Below the pieces are notes generated by a model. The model did no database searches, was not told the origin of the DNA, and saw only the letters and a list, made by a program, of their open reading frames with translations. Made by a program: the position numbers and the translations under genes. This document shows, in pieces, positions 1 through 9,619 of a stretch of 11,848 bases of DNA; position 1 is the stretch's first letter; each line of letters opens with the position of its first letter. Source of the stretch: Paraspadella gotoi (lineage: Eukaryota > Animalia > Chaetognatha); the NCBI GenBank assembly GCA_051294375.1, contig JBJCIZ010000549.1, positions 1-11,848 on the forward strand, read 5' to 3'.

Positions 1-29
1 TCGTCCTCCTCGTCCTCTTCGTCGCCTCT

Positions 30-733
30 TCATCGGCGGAAGTGGCGCCCAAGGCGGTCGTGTTCGATTTCATCCAACTGAAATTGAATTCCGTTGTGGT
101 TTGTATTTTATAAAGGCTGAATATTGTATTAACTCTTTCGTCGATGGATTTAATGAAACGCTTGACCAATTTAAACTCTTTCTCTTTATTTTGAGTCGAT
201 TTAAATTTGTTTCTTACTTCTTCTTCGTCGTCCTCCCAGTATGGTTGAGGAGTGGGGGTTGGGAGGTAATATACCTCCTCCTCCTCCGAATCATCCTCTA
301 ATTCGTCGGGGGATCTAGCGCCCCCGTCGCTATCCTCTTCGTCGTCGTCGTCGTCGTGGATAACGATGACGGGGATATCTCCGTCATCGGGTTTGGGCGT
401 GGCGTTGGCGACGGGAACGGCGACGTCCCCTCCAGTTGCCATGGTGACGGCGGCATCCGGCGCTGCCGAAGCGGCATTTGCGGCAGTGGCCGCGTTTGCG
501 GCGTCCGAGGCGGCGTCGGAGGCAACAGGTGCCGCGTTTGCGGCAGGGGCCGCGTTTGCGGCGTCGGCTGCAGCGGTTGAGGCTGCCGGTGCCACATTCG
601 CGGCAGGAGCCGCGTTCGCGGCGTTGATGTTGGCGGCGCCGTTGACGTCGACGTTGGCGCCGGCGTCCGAGGTGACGGTGATGGTGACGGCGTTGGCGGG
701 CGCGTCGACCCGGATCTTTATGATCGTTGACAT
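30..733 (-). CDS. Hypothetical low-complexity protein (Ala/Asn/Pro 20-aa repeats followed by an Asp/Glu tract); probably two exons (733-218, 77-30), or unspliced and running off the window's left edge
   Basis: ATG at 733-731 is preceded by TATAAAAAAG on the minus strand. The frame reads MSTIIKIRVDAPANAVTITVTSDAGANVDVNGAANINAANAAPAANVAPAAST...HDDDDDEEDSDGGARSPDELEDDSEEEEVYYLPTPTPQPYWEDDEEE and has no stop down to position 2 (244 codons), which is presumably why the ORF track omits it. If 217-78 is spliced out, it continues LDEIEHDRLGRHFRR to TGA at 32-30 (187 aa). Confidence 0.65.
78..217 (-). other. Putative spliceosomal intron (140 nt, phase 0)
   Basis: On the minus strand the sequence reads GAAGAA|GTAAGA at 217 and AATTCAATTTCAG| at 78. 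The enclosed segment is sharply AT-rich compared with the GC-rich flanks. Confidence 0.55.
446..625 (-). repeat. Coding tandem repeat, 3 x 60 bp (3 x 20 aa)
   Basis: Rows 481, 541 and 601 align in register (cggcagtggccgcgtttgcggcgtc / cggcaggggccgcgtttgcggcgtc / cggcaggagccgcgttcgcggcgtt). The peptides are NAANAAPAANVAPAASTAAA, DAANAAPAANAAPVASDAAS and DAANAATAANAASAAPDAAV. Confidence 0.9.
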
Positions 734-1729
734 CTTTTTTATAAGAAAGATTCTCTGGAATTGAATTTATTGATATATATATGTCATAATTATTGACAAC
801 TGCTTTTCTGCGAAGGGAGAAAACAATCGGAGAAAATTAAAATTTTCGGTGCCAGTTTTTTCGGACGGTGTACACTGACGAATTAACTTGCAATACGAAC
901 CGCGACAACGCCGGCTACGAGGCCGTCCGTCGCGCCCGCGCTCGAACGAGGACCGAAGGCAGGGGACACATTTTTTATTCGAAGTCGAACGTCCCAAAGT
1001 TGAGTATGGCCAGGCCTACGCACGTTATTGGCGATGGCGCATGAGCGAGACCTTGGCAGAAAAAAAAACTGGTCTATTTAAATTGATCCTAACAGACATG
1101 AACGGACGAGGGGTTCCGGATCGTTTTTAAATAAAATTAAAGATGAATTAGAGCATTTCGAGATCGCGTATCATGAAGCCACGTGTCGAGCTCTCGGTCG
1201 AACCGCTCGCAAGCTAATGGAGCCCGGAGCGCGTTTGGACATTTGTATCGTTGAATTATCTCATTTCATTCGCATTGCACCCATTGTTCGAAACGACCGA
1301 GTACGTAGATATTTAAATGAGGATTCGCCTGAGTCCGTACCGGTACGTGATGAGGACATTGTCCTATTGTTTTTGCCAGATCCGAAGCGCCGCGTTTGAA
1401 ATCGAACCAAATCTGAGGAGGCGCGGAAAGATGGAAGGAATGAGAGGAATTAATGACCGTTGAGGAATTGGCGGGATCGCCGGTGTTTCCCCCGCAAAAA
1501 AGAACCCCAACCAACCTTTTATGTCACAGTAGTCCGCTTGCCGGCGCGTACGCATTTGGCTCGCGTCGACGGCGACACGGCCGGAATCGCCGGCCGTACG
1601 AAGGAGGAAACCCATGTCGCCAACGCATCAAGGATTAGCGTCGTGTCGGTCAAGGGGAAAAACACCCACGCCGTCACCACCCACTCGTCCTGCGGACCAA
1701 TCGTGCGAGACCGTTACGTCGAAGTTGGG

Positions 1730-1980
1730 TTTAAGAAAGAACTTGAACGAAATTAGAGAGAAAAAATTTAGGAAATCGAAGTAATGAAAAGGAGAATGGA
1801 AATTGAAGCGAAAGGGTTGCGGGATATTAAACGACAAGCGGAGAAATATATTAGAAGGCCGAAAGAAAAGGTTAGGGAATTTCGAAAGTTATTTCAAAAA
1901 AAAAAGGGGGGGGAAAGGCGGAAAGCGAAGTTTAAAGGAAAGAATGGTTGAGAGAAAAGCTTAAAACGTATGGAATGAGA
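1730..1980 (+). other. Lys/Glu/Arg-rich, probably coiled-coil-encoding segment in the Gag N-terminal part
   Basis: Purine-rich stretch reading KKELERN..EIEVMKRRMEIEAKGLRDIKRQAEKYIRRPKEKVREFRKLF. Confidence 0.45.
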
Positions 1981-2429
1981 GCAGTACGCGGACGATTGTA
2001 CTTCGTGTAGGGTCAGGCGACGTACATTCGTTGGACCGCGAGAAGCCTCCGTAGCGAAAAGAGCCGACGAGGAGATCGCGCCCAAGAGTGAAATTGCCGT
2101 ACGAGGAGTTCACGCCCTTACAGGACACGCCGCACACATTGCGCAAGGATGAATCGCCCACAAAACCGTTCCAAACACGTCGTCGTACACCGACGACTGA
2201 AGGTGAGTGGGGGCTGGCATCCGGGTAGGAATGAAAAAATGAGGTACCCGACCGACCGTTGAATTCATAATAAAATTGCAAAAATTGAAGGAAAAAACTG
2301 GGAGAGGGGGGCATGCGATAGCCTATTCAGGGAGAAAGTATCCAGCGCTTTGTCCGCGATTTTTGCCGTCCGGAACCGCCGCGGTCCGTAGATGCCAGTG
2401 TTATGTTGAAAGAGGAACACTTCCACATG

Positions 2430-2555
2430 TCCCGCCGCCGTGTCCGTTGCCGCCGCAGCGCCCGTTGCCTCCCCCGCGGCCGTCGCCGCCGCCACGCCCG
2501 CCGCACGTCCGCCCCGCCTGCCGTGCCCGTAGTAACACCGCCGCGCCCGTTGCCG
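2430..2555 (+). repeat. GC-rich low-complexity (GCC/CCG) tract encoding an Ala/Pro-rich linker
   Basis: Reads PAAVSVAAAAPVASPAAVAAATPAA in one frame and poly-Pro in another. Confidence 0.7.
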
Positions 2556-4130
2556 ATCGTCGGGAGTTTATAAACCTGAATCAAAAACCATTACGAGGAC
2601 GGTGTGGAACCCCGTAATTGAAGCACCACGATCATATTTCGAAACTACCGCCAGTTCACGAGAGGTTGTTGTTTGTGTCCACGAGAGGACGCGCCGCGCC
2701 GGAAAACGCCGCTCCGTGTCGAGGCTGACAGAAAGAGAAAAGGTCAAAGTGAAAAATCTCGCAGAAGACGCACTTTACACAGCTCTGCATCTTTACAAAC
2801 CGCCAACAACAAGCACTGAGTTTAATGAGACAGAAACGACCGAAGCTAAAATTTAGCGGAAAGTGGATCGTCCGTCGAGTCGATTTTCGAAATCCAAATG
2901 AATCTATTTGAGTCGCTAAAGTCATGATTGTCGGGAGTCTGACGGACGATAAAATGCTCATGGCCGTGTAGCTGCCCGTAGAATAATTGTCGATGGAGAC
3001 GCTGGGAATAATCGTTTCACAACATGAGGCATCCGGGAATTCTTTCCAGAGGCGTTTTAGGCAAAGTTTGAAGAGCGCGTTGACGATTGAATTCGGCAGA
3101 AAAAATTTCACAGACAACAAATGCTGGAGGATTTGTCTGCTGACAGGCGTCCAGATATTGTCGGACAAGACCAACAGTCCTCGGGGTCCTGCATCCTCCA
3201 CACTCCCACTCATACTACCAAATGAAGAAATTCACATCCCGCGTCGTAAGGAAACGAATCCGCCGCCGCGACCATCATCTCTACGAGCACGGAGAACATA
3301 TCACTTAGGATCATTTCAAAAAAATTTACCATCTTTTGGCAAAACCCTGTTTCTAGAAAAAGATGATCAGACACCGAGATGGCCATTCTTGAAAAGGGAT
3401 AAGGATCTGGGAACAGTGGGAATCTCGAAATGGAGCTTTGGCGATTTTATTCGAATTATTAAAGAATTATTCTTAAAGTCAGTGTCAACGAAAGGGGATT
3501 TATTACTGGAAAACAAAAACTTAACAAACATAACGAAAAAGGACGAACTCGAAATAACAATAATAACGCAAGCGCGATGGATCTTACGGATTCACAGGAA
3601 ACCAACGTGGCAATTCGATGCAGCTCATACAACAACATACGACGACAGAACGCGAAACACCCCAGCTATGAACAAACAACTTACAAAAACCGAACCACGA
3701 ATCCTCCTGACGCGTCCACCACGGCTCACGCACCTCCCTCAGGAGGAATCCACTAATTCACACCGAATGGAAGGCAGGTTGCAAGTAGTGAATTTGTGAA
3801 AAAACTCTACTTCTACCGGGCGGCTACTTAGTTCAAGAAAGTTTCTAGAAGCCTAGATCGCGGTAAAACGAACAGGTCGACATTGGCCGTCATCTAACTG
3901 CAGAAGGCGACTATGCGCTATTTGTCGTTTTTTTTCGGTCGCGAATGGGGACACCAGGCCAACGGTCGGTGCTCAACATAACTACCTCCATGCGGATGGC
4001 AACCGGCTGGAACGACGGCCAGCCCATTGACGAACTTCGCATGCTGGCTGTCATCGCGAACAATCAGTGAAGGAAGAGGATTCTCGTCCAGCATGACTGG
4101 CGACCGCGCTACGTGGTGACCGGAGCATTT

Positions 4131-4830
4131 AGGCCTATCGTACAAATAGCTTGATAAAAAATGACAATAAAAACATCACCACGTACGCGCTATGCTCGCT
4201 ATACCACCATACCGGCGGTATTAGCGGCGCCAACCCGCTCGCATCACACGCCGATGTACGTGATAATCGGGCGATTACGCGGCAAGAATTAGCACACAGT
4301 TAACACACTTCACGCCGAATTTACAAACTTAACGACAGCATAACGAGATCACAACTGGGACGTAGACTCTATTGTCGAGCTAGATTATGCGTGAACTGCT
4401 AGACAACATGTACTTCTAACTAGATACTGGACTGGGAACCTTCACACTGAAATATATAAAGCGTGAACAAGTCTTGATAACGATCTCTCAGGCTGGCACG
4501 TGTGCAGGGATGATCATATGTAAACTGCGTTATAACTACGATTACGAGACGCTCGAGTCCGACCATATAGAACGTATAGAACTCGACGGAACATCTTACA
4601 GATTACCGATTACATGGAGAGGAGTTGTAGTTCGTACTGAGTTAGGCGTAGCGCTGATATGGACTGGCAAGTCTATAGTTAGCAAGAATGCCATACAATC
4701 GACGCTAAGACTTGACCACTTAATCGCGTGGTATGGGAGGCGAGACCGCTAGAGGGACAGGCCGCGAAGGTTATCCGATGGCGTTGAAAGACGAAGTTTG
4801 GTCAGCCACTAATGGACGCTGGTCGGAGCA
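4131..4830 (+). pseudogene. Aspartic protease region of BEL pol (frameshifted)
   Basis: RPIVQI-LIKNDNKNITTYAL....TG (4131-4216) has the expected context, but the catalytic Asp is not cleanly readable (CAT ACC GGC). It is followed by G-LRGK..TVNTLH, and by PMALK-TKFG..WTLVG (4775-4826), which matches the BEL 'PxAxxTxFGW' motif. Confidence 0.6.
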
Positions 4831-5429
4831 GTGGAAACACGAACCAGGACGGGATCACTTGAGTTGCTTCTCTGACGCATATTGCCCTGAACGTGAGGCC
4901 ATAAAAGTTAGAGTATTTTGATCACGAGGCATGTTCACCGCCAATGACTTCTCTGTGATGAATATAAGCGCGTCAATTGTATCCATGCCGGCCAGAGTAC
5001 AACCATATCTCTGTACCGCGCAAAGACGATTCTCGCGTAACGAGCAACTGGGAAGGGGAAATTTACTTTAACAAACAAACGGGACATGTACTGTGGCGCC
5101 GTCGCCCATGGAAACGAGGGGCCAACCTTGAGAGAAAACACGGTCACGATAATTATTTTCGAAACAACAATTCGAAGACGATTAGTACAGTAACGTACAT
5201 CCACGTGAAGCGCAGACATGCTATCATTAGATTCGTGAACAACATGTACACTGGGAAGAGTGAACTGACGAATTCGGGGTATACTATGTTAGCGAGAAGG
5301 GTTCGCCGGCAAAAATGAGGAAGGATCCGGTCGTTGAGAGGGAGTGTTTCAAGGACGGATGCGAGGAGAACTAATCAAGTCGGGTCACCGCGAGGAAGGT
5401 AACCGTTGAACATCGCCGGTTAAGGGCAG

Positions 5430-6010
5430 CAGAGTTTTTTTTGCGCCGTTGTTAGTAGATTAACCCGGTCCGCGACAGCCGGGCAAGTTTCCGCCCTGCT
5501 GTTTCAGGAGCGTCTGTCGTTCCTGACAAATAAACTGGGATCGTGTGTCAATGATGATCTCATTTAAATCCAGGTAGGCCCGGAACAACCTTACTCCTCG
5601 TTAGTCGGCATGTTACCTGAATTCCGACCGAAAGAGATAACACTATTTCAGCTGACATTAAAAGTTAATTCCATTCAGGTTAGAGTTACATCCAAAAGAC
5701 GTCCGCTTTCCGCATCATTGGTACACAGACGAGACATGAGGGACGCTTCGAAGTCCATCGTGCCGTTGGTGATGTATTTGGAGGAGCAGGAAGCTCCGGG
5801 ATGGGGTTCGTCCTTCCAAATCACGGGAAGAAAATGAGCCAGTTTGAAGGAATTTCCGCCAGGAGGTAATTATCAGCCTTTTTCTCTTAAAATATACCGT
5901 CGACGGGGACTATTTGGATTCGCTAGACGGGATAGCAGGAGGCGCGGAAAGAGGATCAACAATGACGGAGGAATGAAAGGAGCGCTTCGAGTTGACCGAA
6001 GTGCAAAAGT
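5430..6010 (+). pseudogene. pol: Reverse transcriptase domain, BEL/Pao type (frameshifted)
   Basis: PGKF (~5478), ND...GP-NNL..LVGML.EFR (5550-5627), ISADIKS (5645-5665), FH-QVRV-HPKD (5669-5700), DVFGGAGS (5771-5794), TAC[c]GTCGAC[ggg]GACTATTTGGATTCG = YVDDYLDS with inserted bases (5895-5922), FELT-KW (5986-6003). Upstream there is also G......PWK at ~5080-5113. Confidence 0.9.
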
Positions 6011-6161
6011 TCGACGAAAAGAATTCTCCGTCGGAAATCCAAGTAAAGATGAGAGAGAAGGAGATCACGAAGAGACGGAAAGAGGAAAGAGGAAGAGTTA
6101 GAGACGACCTGGAAAAGACTCGGCGGGAACGCGATTCCCGAGAACCCGACGTTGCATCAGC

Positions 6162-7050
6162 ATGGACTCGAAGGTGCTCGGGAGTGGGGTAGCAGATGCA
6201 ATGGAGACGGACGTTCTTCTCTGTCCGCGTAACGTGGACAAATCTGGAGAAAGCACAGTGAATACGGAGAGAGATGTTGAAACTTGTCCGTCGAGTTTTG
6301 ATCCGGCCTGGGTTTCGCCCCAGGGTGTTGAAGGGACGAATTAACGCTTCAAAAGTAAGTAGAGCGGCGGGGCGTGACTGGGAACGGCAAACTGCCGTCG
6401 GAAGAATTGGTACACTATAAACTTTGACGAATGGAGAGAAGATGATCCATTGAAGAAGGACTTCGATTCCCGCGATGGAGTCGAGCTGGGATTAAGACAG
6501 TGTGAACGTCGAGTTTGATAGTGTTTTTATTGTGACGCCTCGCTTGGAAAACGGTTACGGAGCCGGCTTATTACATTAAAAAGAAATAACGATGGGAAAA
6601 AGCCTATGTAAACTTATATTTGCCAAAGCATGTCGTGCAATTAAAAGCCACAAAAAAATATAAATATCTCTCTAACTCAACTGATCATTTAAGACTCGAT
6701 GCCTACCTCTGCGAAATTAAATCCGCTGACGAGACTTACTGCTACGAAAGATGGAGTTTGATTTCCGTGCAATCGGGAGAGGAGTTTGATAGAGATCACG
6801 ATGTTTGACATGAATTCTGGTCACGGTGGACTCCGATGGATAGCGAATTGGAATAAAAAGATTAAACACTATGAAATTTCAGATTAAAATACGATCTTTC
6901 TCGTCCTTCTTTCCAGGCAAGGACATGGGAATCTACGTGCGAGACCAAGAAAATCCCCCGACCCACCAGCCGAGGGAATTTGAAGCCAACGACGAACGAG
7001 AAGTGGTCAAGCTTTCACAGCGCGACCAGCTCGGCTTGAAGCTTCACCAA
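6162..7050 (+). pseudogene. pol: RT connection and RNase H region (Pao 'Peptidase_A17'-type Pfam region), frameshifted
   Basis: DSKVLG (6165-6182), RREMLKLV..SFDP-LGFAP..VLKGRI (6265-6342), DW (~6376), IP-RW (~6466), CDAS (6531-6542), ENGYGA (6547-6564), LIFAKA (6613-6630), ITMF...LRWI (6795-6842), YV...ENP-D...RG (~6934-6977). Confidence 0.88.
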
Positions 7051-7399
7051 AAGACAAATGGCCGATCACACCCTTGGAAACATTGCCAATAAAACGAAAG
7101 GAAAAACGGTAAACATCGCGCCATAACGAACACCATTCAGTGGCCTCACCACTTACATTGCAGAACCTCCTACGCAACCTGAAGACACCAAAGATGGATA
7201 GAACTTCTTACCGCCAAGTGAGAATAAAAGAAAGGGACAGGTGGAAGAGACTGTCGAGTTGATTAAATCACAGAAAAATTAGGATTGGGGCAACAAAGGT
7301 CGTTAGAATCGCATATTCACACAGACGCAGTAAGAAATTAGTAGAAGATAGAGGAACGAAATAAGGAAGGCAAAAAGAAAGAGAAAGAATAAAATATTC

Positions 7400-8465
7400 A
7401 GGGAGAAGAATATCGAAAGGCAGAACAAGATGATCAGCATCAATACAGAGAAAAAGTTATTGCGAAAGTGAGTAGCATTCGAGTTTAATAATTAGGAGGA
7501 CCTCCCCATCAGCCGTCACAGAAGAATGATGAAACAGAAACTCTGAAAATAGTATGCTGAGTCCCGTTTTATGACGGAGGAAGGGCAGATGAGGAACAGG
7601 AGGAAGCGGCTGGGCAACTGCAAAACGATGACGATATGAGGTAATACAAAACACCCCCAATAATGACTCTCGCCGAAAGACGACGAAAACGTTATATTCA
7701 TTAATCTGACATGAACATGGTAACTTTACTTACTCCCCACCACCGGAAGCATGCGCAACGCTTCACACTCAGCTACGCCAAAGATTCAGTGATGGGCAGG
7801 CGCGACTCCCCGTCGAGAAGATCGTCCGCCCGCGCGTCGAATGCAAAAGAAAATTCAAATCCACAAACGCTACAAAAGATGGGGCGAGTTACCCCGACTC
7901 AGAGTGAATCAGCCATTCCATTCGAGGTGACCGGACTCGACGTTGCTTTCGGACCGTTCCAGGTAAAAGCACGCCGGTCGAGGACTAAAACAAGAAACAA
8001 CGGTGGTGTTATTAACTGTGCATATCCAGAACGAGTAGCAATCACATTCTCGCAAATTAAAAGACACGTCCGCGTACATCGATGCTGAATGCACTTATAC
8101 GGTTTAAAACTCGTACCAGGGCTTTACGTGCAATATCGTTCCGACAAAACGGCACCACACCTGACGGAGCTCACACACGTAAATCGAAAGACAACTCACA
8201 AAGCTTCCAAGATAGAGAACAAAGGTCACCAGAGAGCCATCGACCGAAAAGGGGATAACTGATGGACGTTCGGGACCGCCAAATCCCCGACAAACTGTGG
8301 AGGATTCGTGGAAACCGAATGGATCAAGACACGAAGAAGCATCTCGCCAGCAGCTTTACCGCCAAGAACTAGATCGAATGTTTGCAAGCAACCTCCGCGT
8401 CTGAGCGCAGTCGGTATAAGCTCTGAAGACCCTGGCGCTATTATACTTGACATACTACAAGGAAC
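7400..8465 (+). pseudogene. pol: Integrase: zinc-binding region plus DDE (rve) core, frameshifted
   Basis: EEYRKAE..IQRKSY, LSP-FMTEEGQMR-TGG-RLGN (7557-7618), KHP (7648), HEH, LRQRF, VEKIVRPRVECKR (7812-7850), QKMG-ELPRLRV (from 7873), PFEVTGLD..FGPFQVK (7918-7968), MLNALIRFKTR (8082-8114), SD-NGT (8140-8156), WTFG..KSP..CGGF-W (8263-8313), LSAVGISSEDPGAI. Confidence 0.92.
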
Positions 8466-8589
8466 AGCTACCGCTATACATTCGAAACACTAAAACGAAA
8501 GATTGCATAGTAACTTTACTATCCTGATATCCTCTACTCGTTCAACGTCATTAACCATATTACCTACAACGACAAGCTAGAAGGGCACT

Positions 8590-8935
8590 TGTAGTTGACG
8601 AGAGCCTCTTGGAGACAAGTAGGGAGATGTCGACGCTTTCGTGAAAGATGGCGTACCACTGGTATTTAATTCACTCCAGGAAGCAGCGAAGGATGTTCGC
8701 AGAGGACGTCGCACTGGAGAAGCGTTTAGAAGAGGTAAGGCAGTCGTCCTTCTCCGTTCGAACCAATAGCCCACAACGTGCTAATCATTGAGATCGGACG
8801 AACGAGTCACTCTTCTGAACTGAAGGGCGATGCGACCACCCAACTGAGAGACAGCGTCGTGTTCTGGCACTCGCCGACGAGAAGAGACGTCTTCGTCGCC
8901 ATCACAACGCCGTTGGTCAGTTGGAACAGCAACTA
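8590..8935 (+). pseudogene. pol: Integrase C-terminal extension (DUF5641-like), frameshifted
   Basis: LTRASWRQV..VDAF-ERWRT..YL-SLQ matches the BEL 'W..V.....FW.RW..EYL..LQ' pattern. It is followed by G..VVLL...IGR...GD...LR and a FRRH...LVxLE-like end. Confidence 0.75.
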
Positions 8936-9243
8936 CAGAGGAAAAATTATATATGAAACATCAACAGCAAAAATCAATTAAATTTGTTGACGAACTCAAT
9001 TAAATAATATTTGTGAACTATCCGATACATTGTTTAAATAATAATTTGATAAATTTAACAGAGATATAGCTCAATGCGCCATGGAAACGACCGAACGATT
9101 TCAACCAGTGACAAATGGCATCAAACGAAAGGTGCGAAAGAACTTAGAAAAATGAGAGAAAGGTAGAAACGAGAAAAAGGAATTTTACGAATAAATTTCA
9201 AGAGAAAAACAGCTGGAAACTAAAAAATAGAGACGAAAAAAGA

Positions 9244-9605
9244 TTGACCTAATATCTTGCCCCTTTTGCTTCAGCTTAAAATGACCTACGCGCAGGAGTC
9301 ACATGTTTTCAAAACAATGTATTTTGACCAATTTCACTCTTCTTGGCTTCAGAATTTACTCACAAAACATGATCTTGATGACCGAATTTTTTCCCTTTTA
9401 GTTTCAGCCTAAAATGTTAAACGCGCAGAGCCACGTTCAAACACATGTTTGCACCAATTTCCCCTTTCTGGTCTTTCAGCAATTTACTCACAAAACATGA
9501 TCTTGTTACCCGAATTTTTTTCCCCTCTATCTTTCCAGTCTTAAAATGAACTCCACACGCAAAAAGTCATGCTTTCACAAACGATGTTTGACCTAGATTC
9601 CTTTT
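9244..9605 (+). repeat. Degenerate tandem repeat, ~128-133-bp unit, ~2.7 copies; each unit has two related sub-repeats
   Basis: The exact 25-mer AATTTACTCACAAAACATGATCTTG occurs at 9353 and 9481 (128 bp apart). CAG-(C/T)n-TAAAATG recurs with the AG ending at 9274, 9407 and 9538. ACGCGCAG/ACACGCAA recurs at ~9288, 9421 and ~9555. Confidence 0.85.
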
Positions 9606-9619
9606 CGAATATTTACATC

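Larger units (their letters stand above)
1006..4050 (+). pseudogene. gag: Gag region (frameshifted): long N-terminal part, capsid-like DUF1759-type block at ~2825-3170, three degenerate Cys/His knuckles at ~3780-4045
   Basis: MRQKRPKL-KFSGK..VDFEIQMNLFESL...DDKMLM...GIIVSQHE...LKSA..EFGRK resembles the BEL 'PxFSG...F...F...L...A...L...FG' pattern. Knuckle remnants are ICEK (~3790), ICRF...GHQAN (~3920-3965) and PCG...H-DEL-H (~3990-4042). The block sits directly upstream of the protease region. The start position is uncertain. Confidence 0.6.
1006..8981 (+). mobile_element. BEL/Pao LTR retrotransposon internal gag-pol region, heavily frameshifted as assembled; LTRs not located; both boundaries approximate
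   Basis: Colinear motifs in the BEL order Gag-PR-RT-RNaseH-IN, including ISADIKS, Y-V-D-D-YLDS, KVLG, FDP-LG, CDAS, PFEVTGLD..FGPF, SD-NGT, GGF-W and WRQV...ERWR. The left boundary is only the nearest plausible ATG (1006). Confidence 0.92.

Noticed and set aside
446-625. Resemblance of ASDAA..TAANAA to fish type I antifreeze peptides
   Set aside because: The period is 20 aa rather than the 11-aa Thr spacing, prolines interrupt the helix, there is no signal peptide, and the similarity is only compositional.
366-764. ORF-track + strand Ala-rich ORF (and 356..580, 298..597)
   Set aside because: These are shadow frames of the GC-rich repeat. The minus frame from ATG 733 is longer, has a good start context and includes the acidic tract.
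1896-1913. A10-G8 homopolymer run as a programmed frameshift site
   Set aside because: BEL gag-pol is normally a single ORF, and homopolymer lengths are unreliable in this noisy sequence.
2656-3213. 185-aa minus-strand ORF and other short ORF-track entries within 1000-9000
   Set aside because: They are antisense or off-frame fragments of the frameshifted gag-pol and have no independent motifs.
3495-3650. GDLLLENKNLTNI...DAAHTTTYDD looked like a viral fibre / Polinton-type repeat
   Set aside because: It is a single weak match lying between the Gag capsid-like block and the Zn knuckles, and no other viral structural genes were found.
5610-5837. ORF resembling a Polinton minor capsid C-terminus (NSIQVRVT..RPL)
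   Set aside because: Frame-hopping gives the RT motifs ISADIKS, FHQVRVHPKD and VFGG in the correct order before YVDD.
9244-9605. CRISPR-like array
   Set aside because: The sequences between the conserved 25-mers are homologous to each other rather than unique spacers, there are no cas genes, and the context is eukaryotic.
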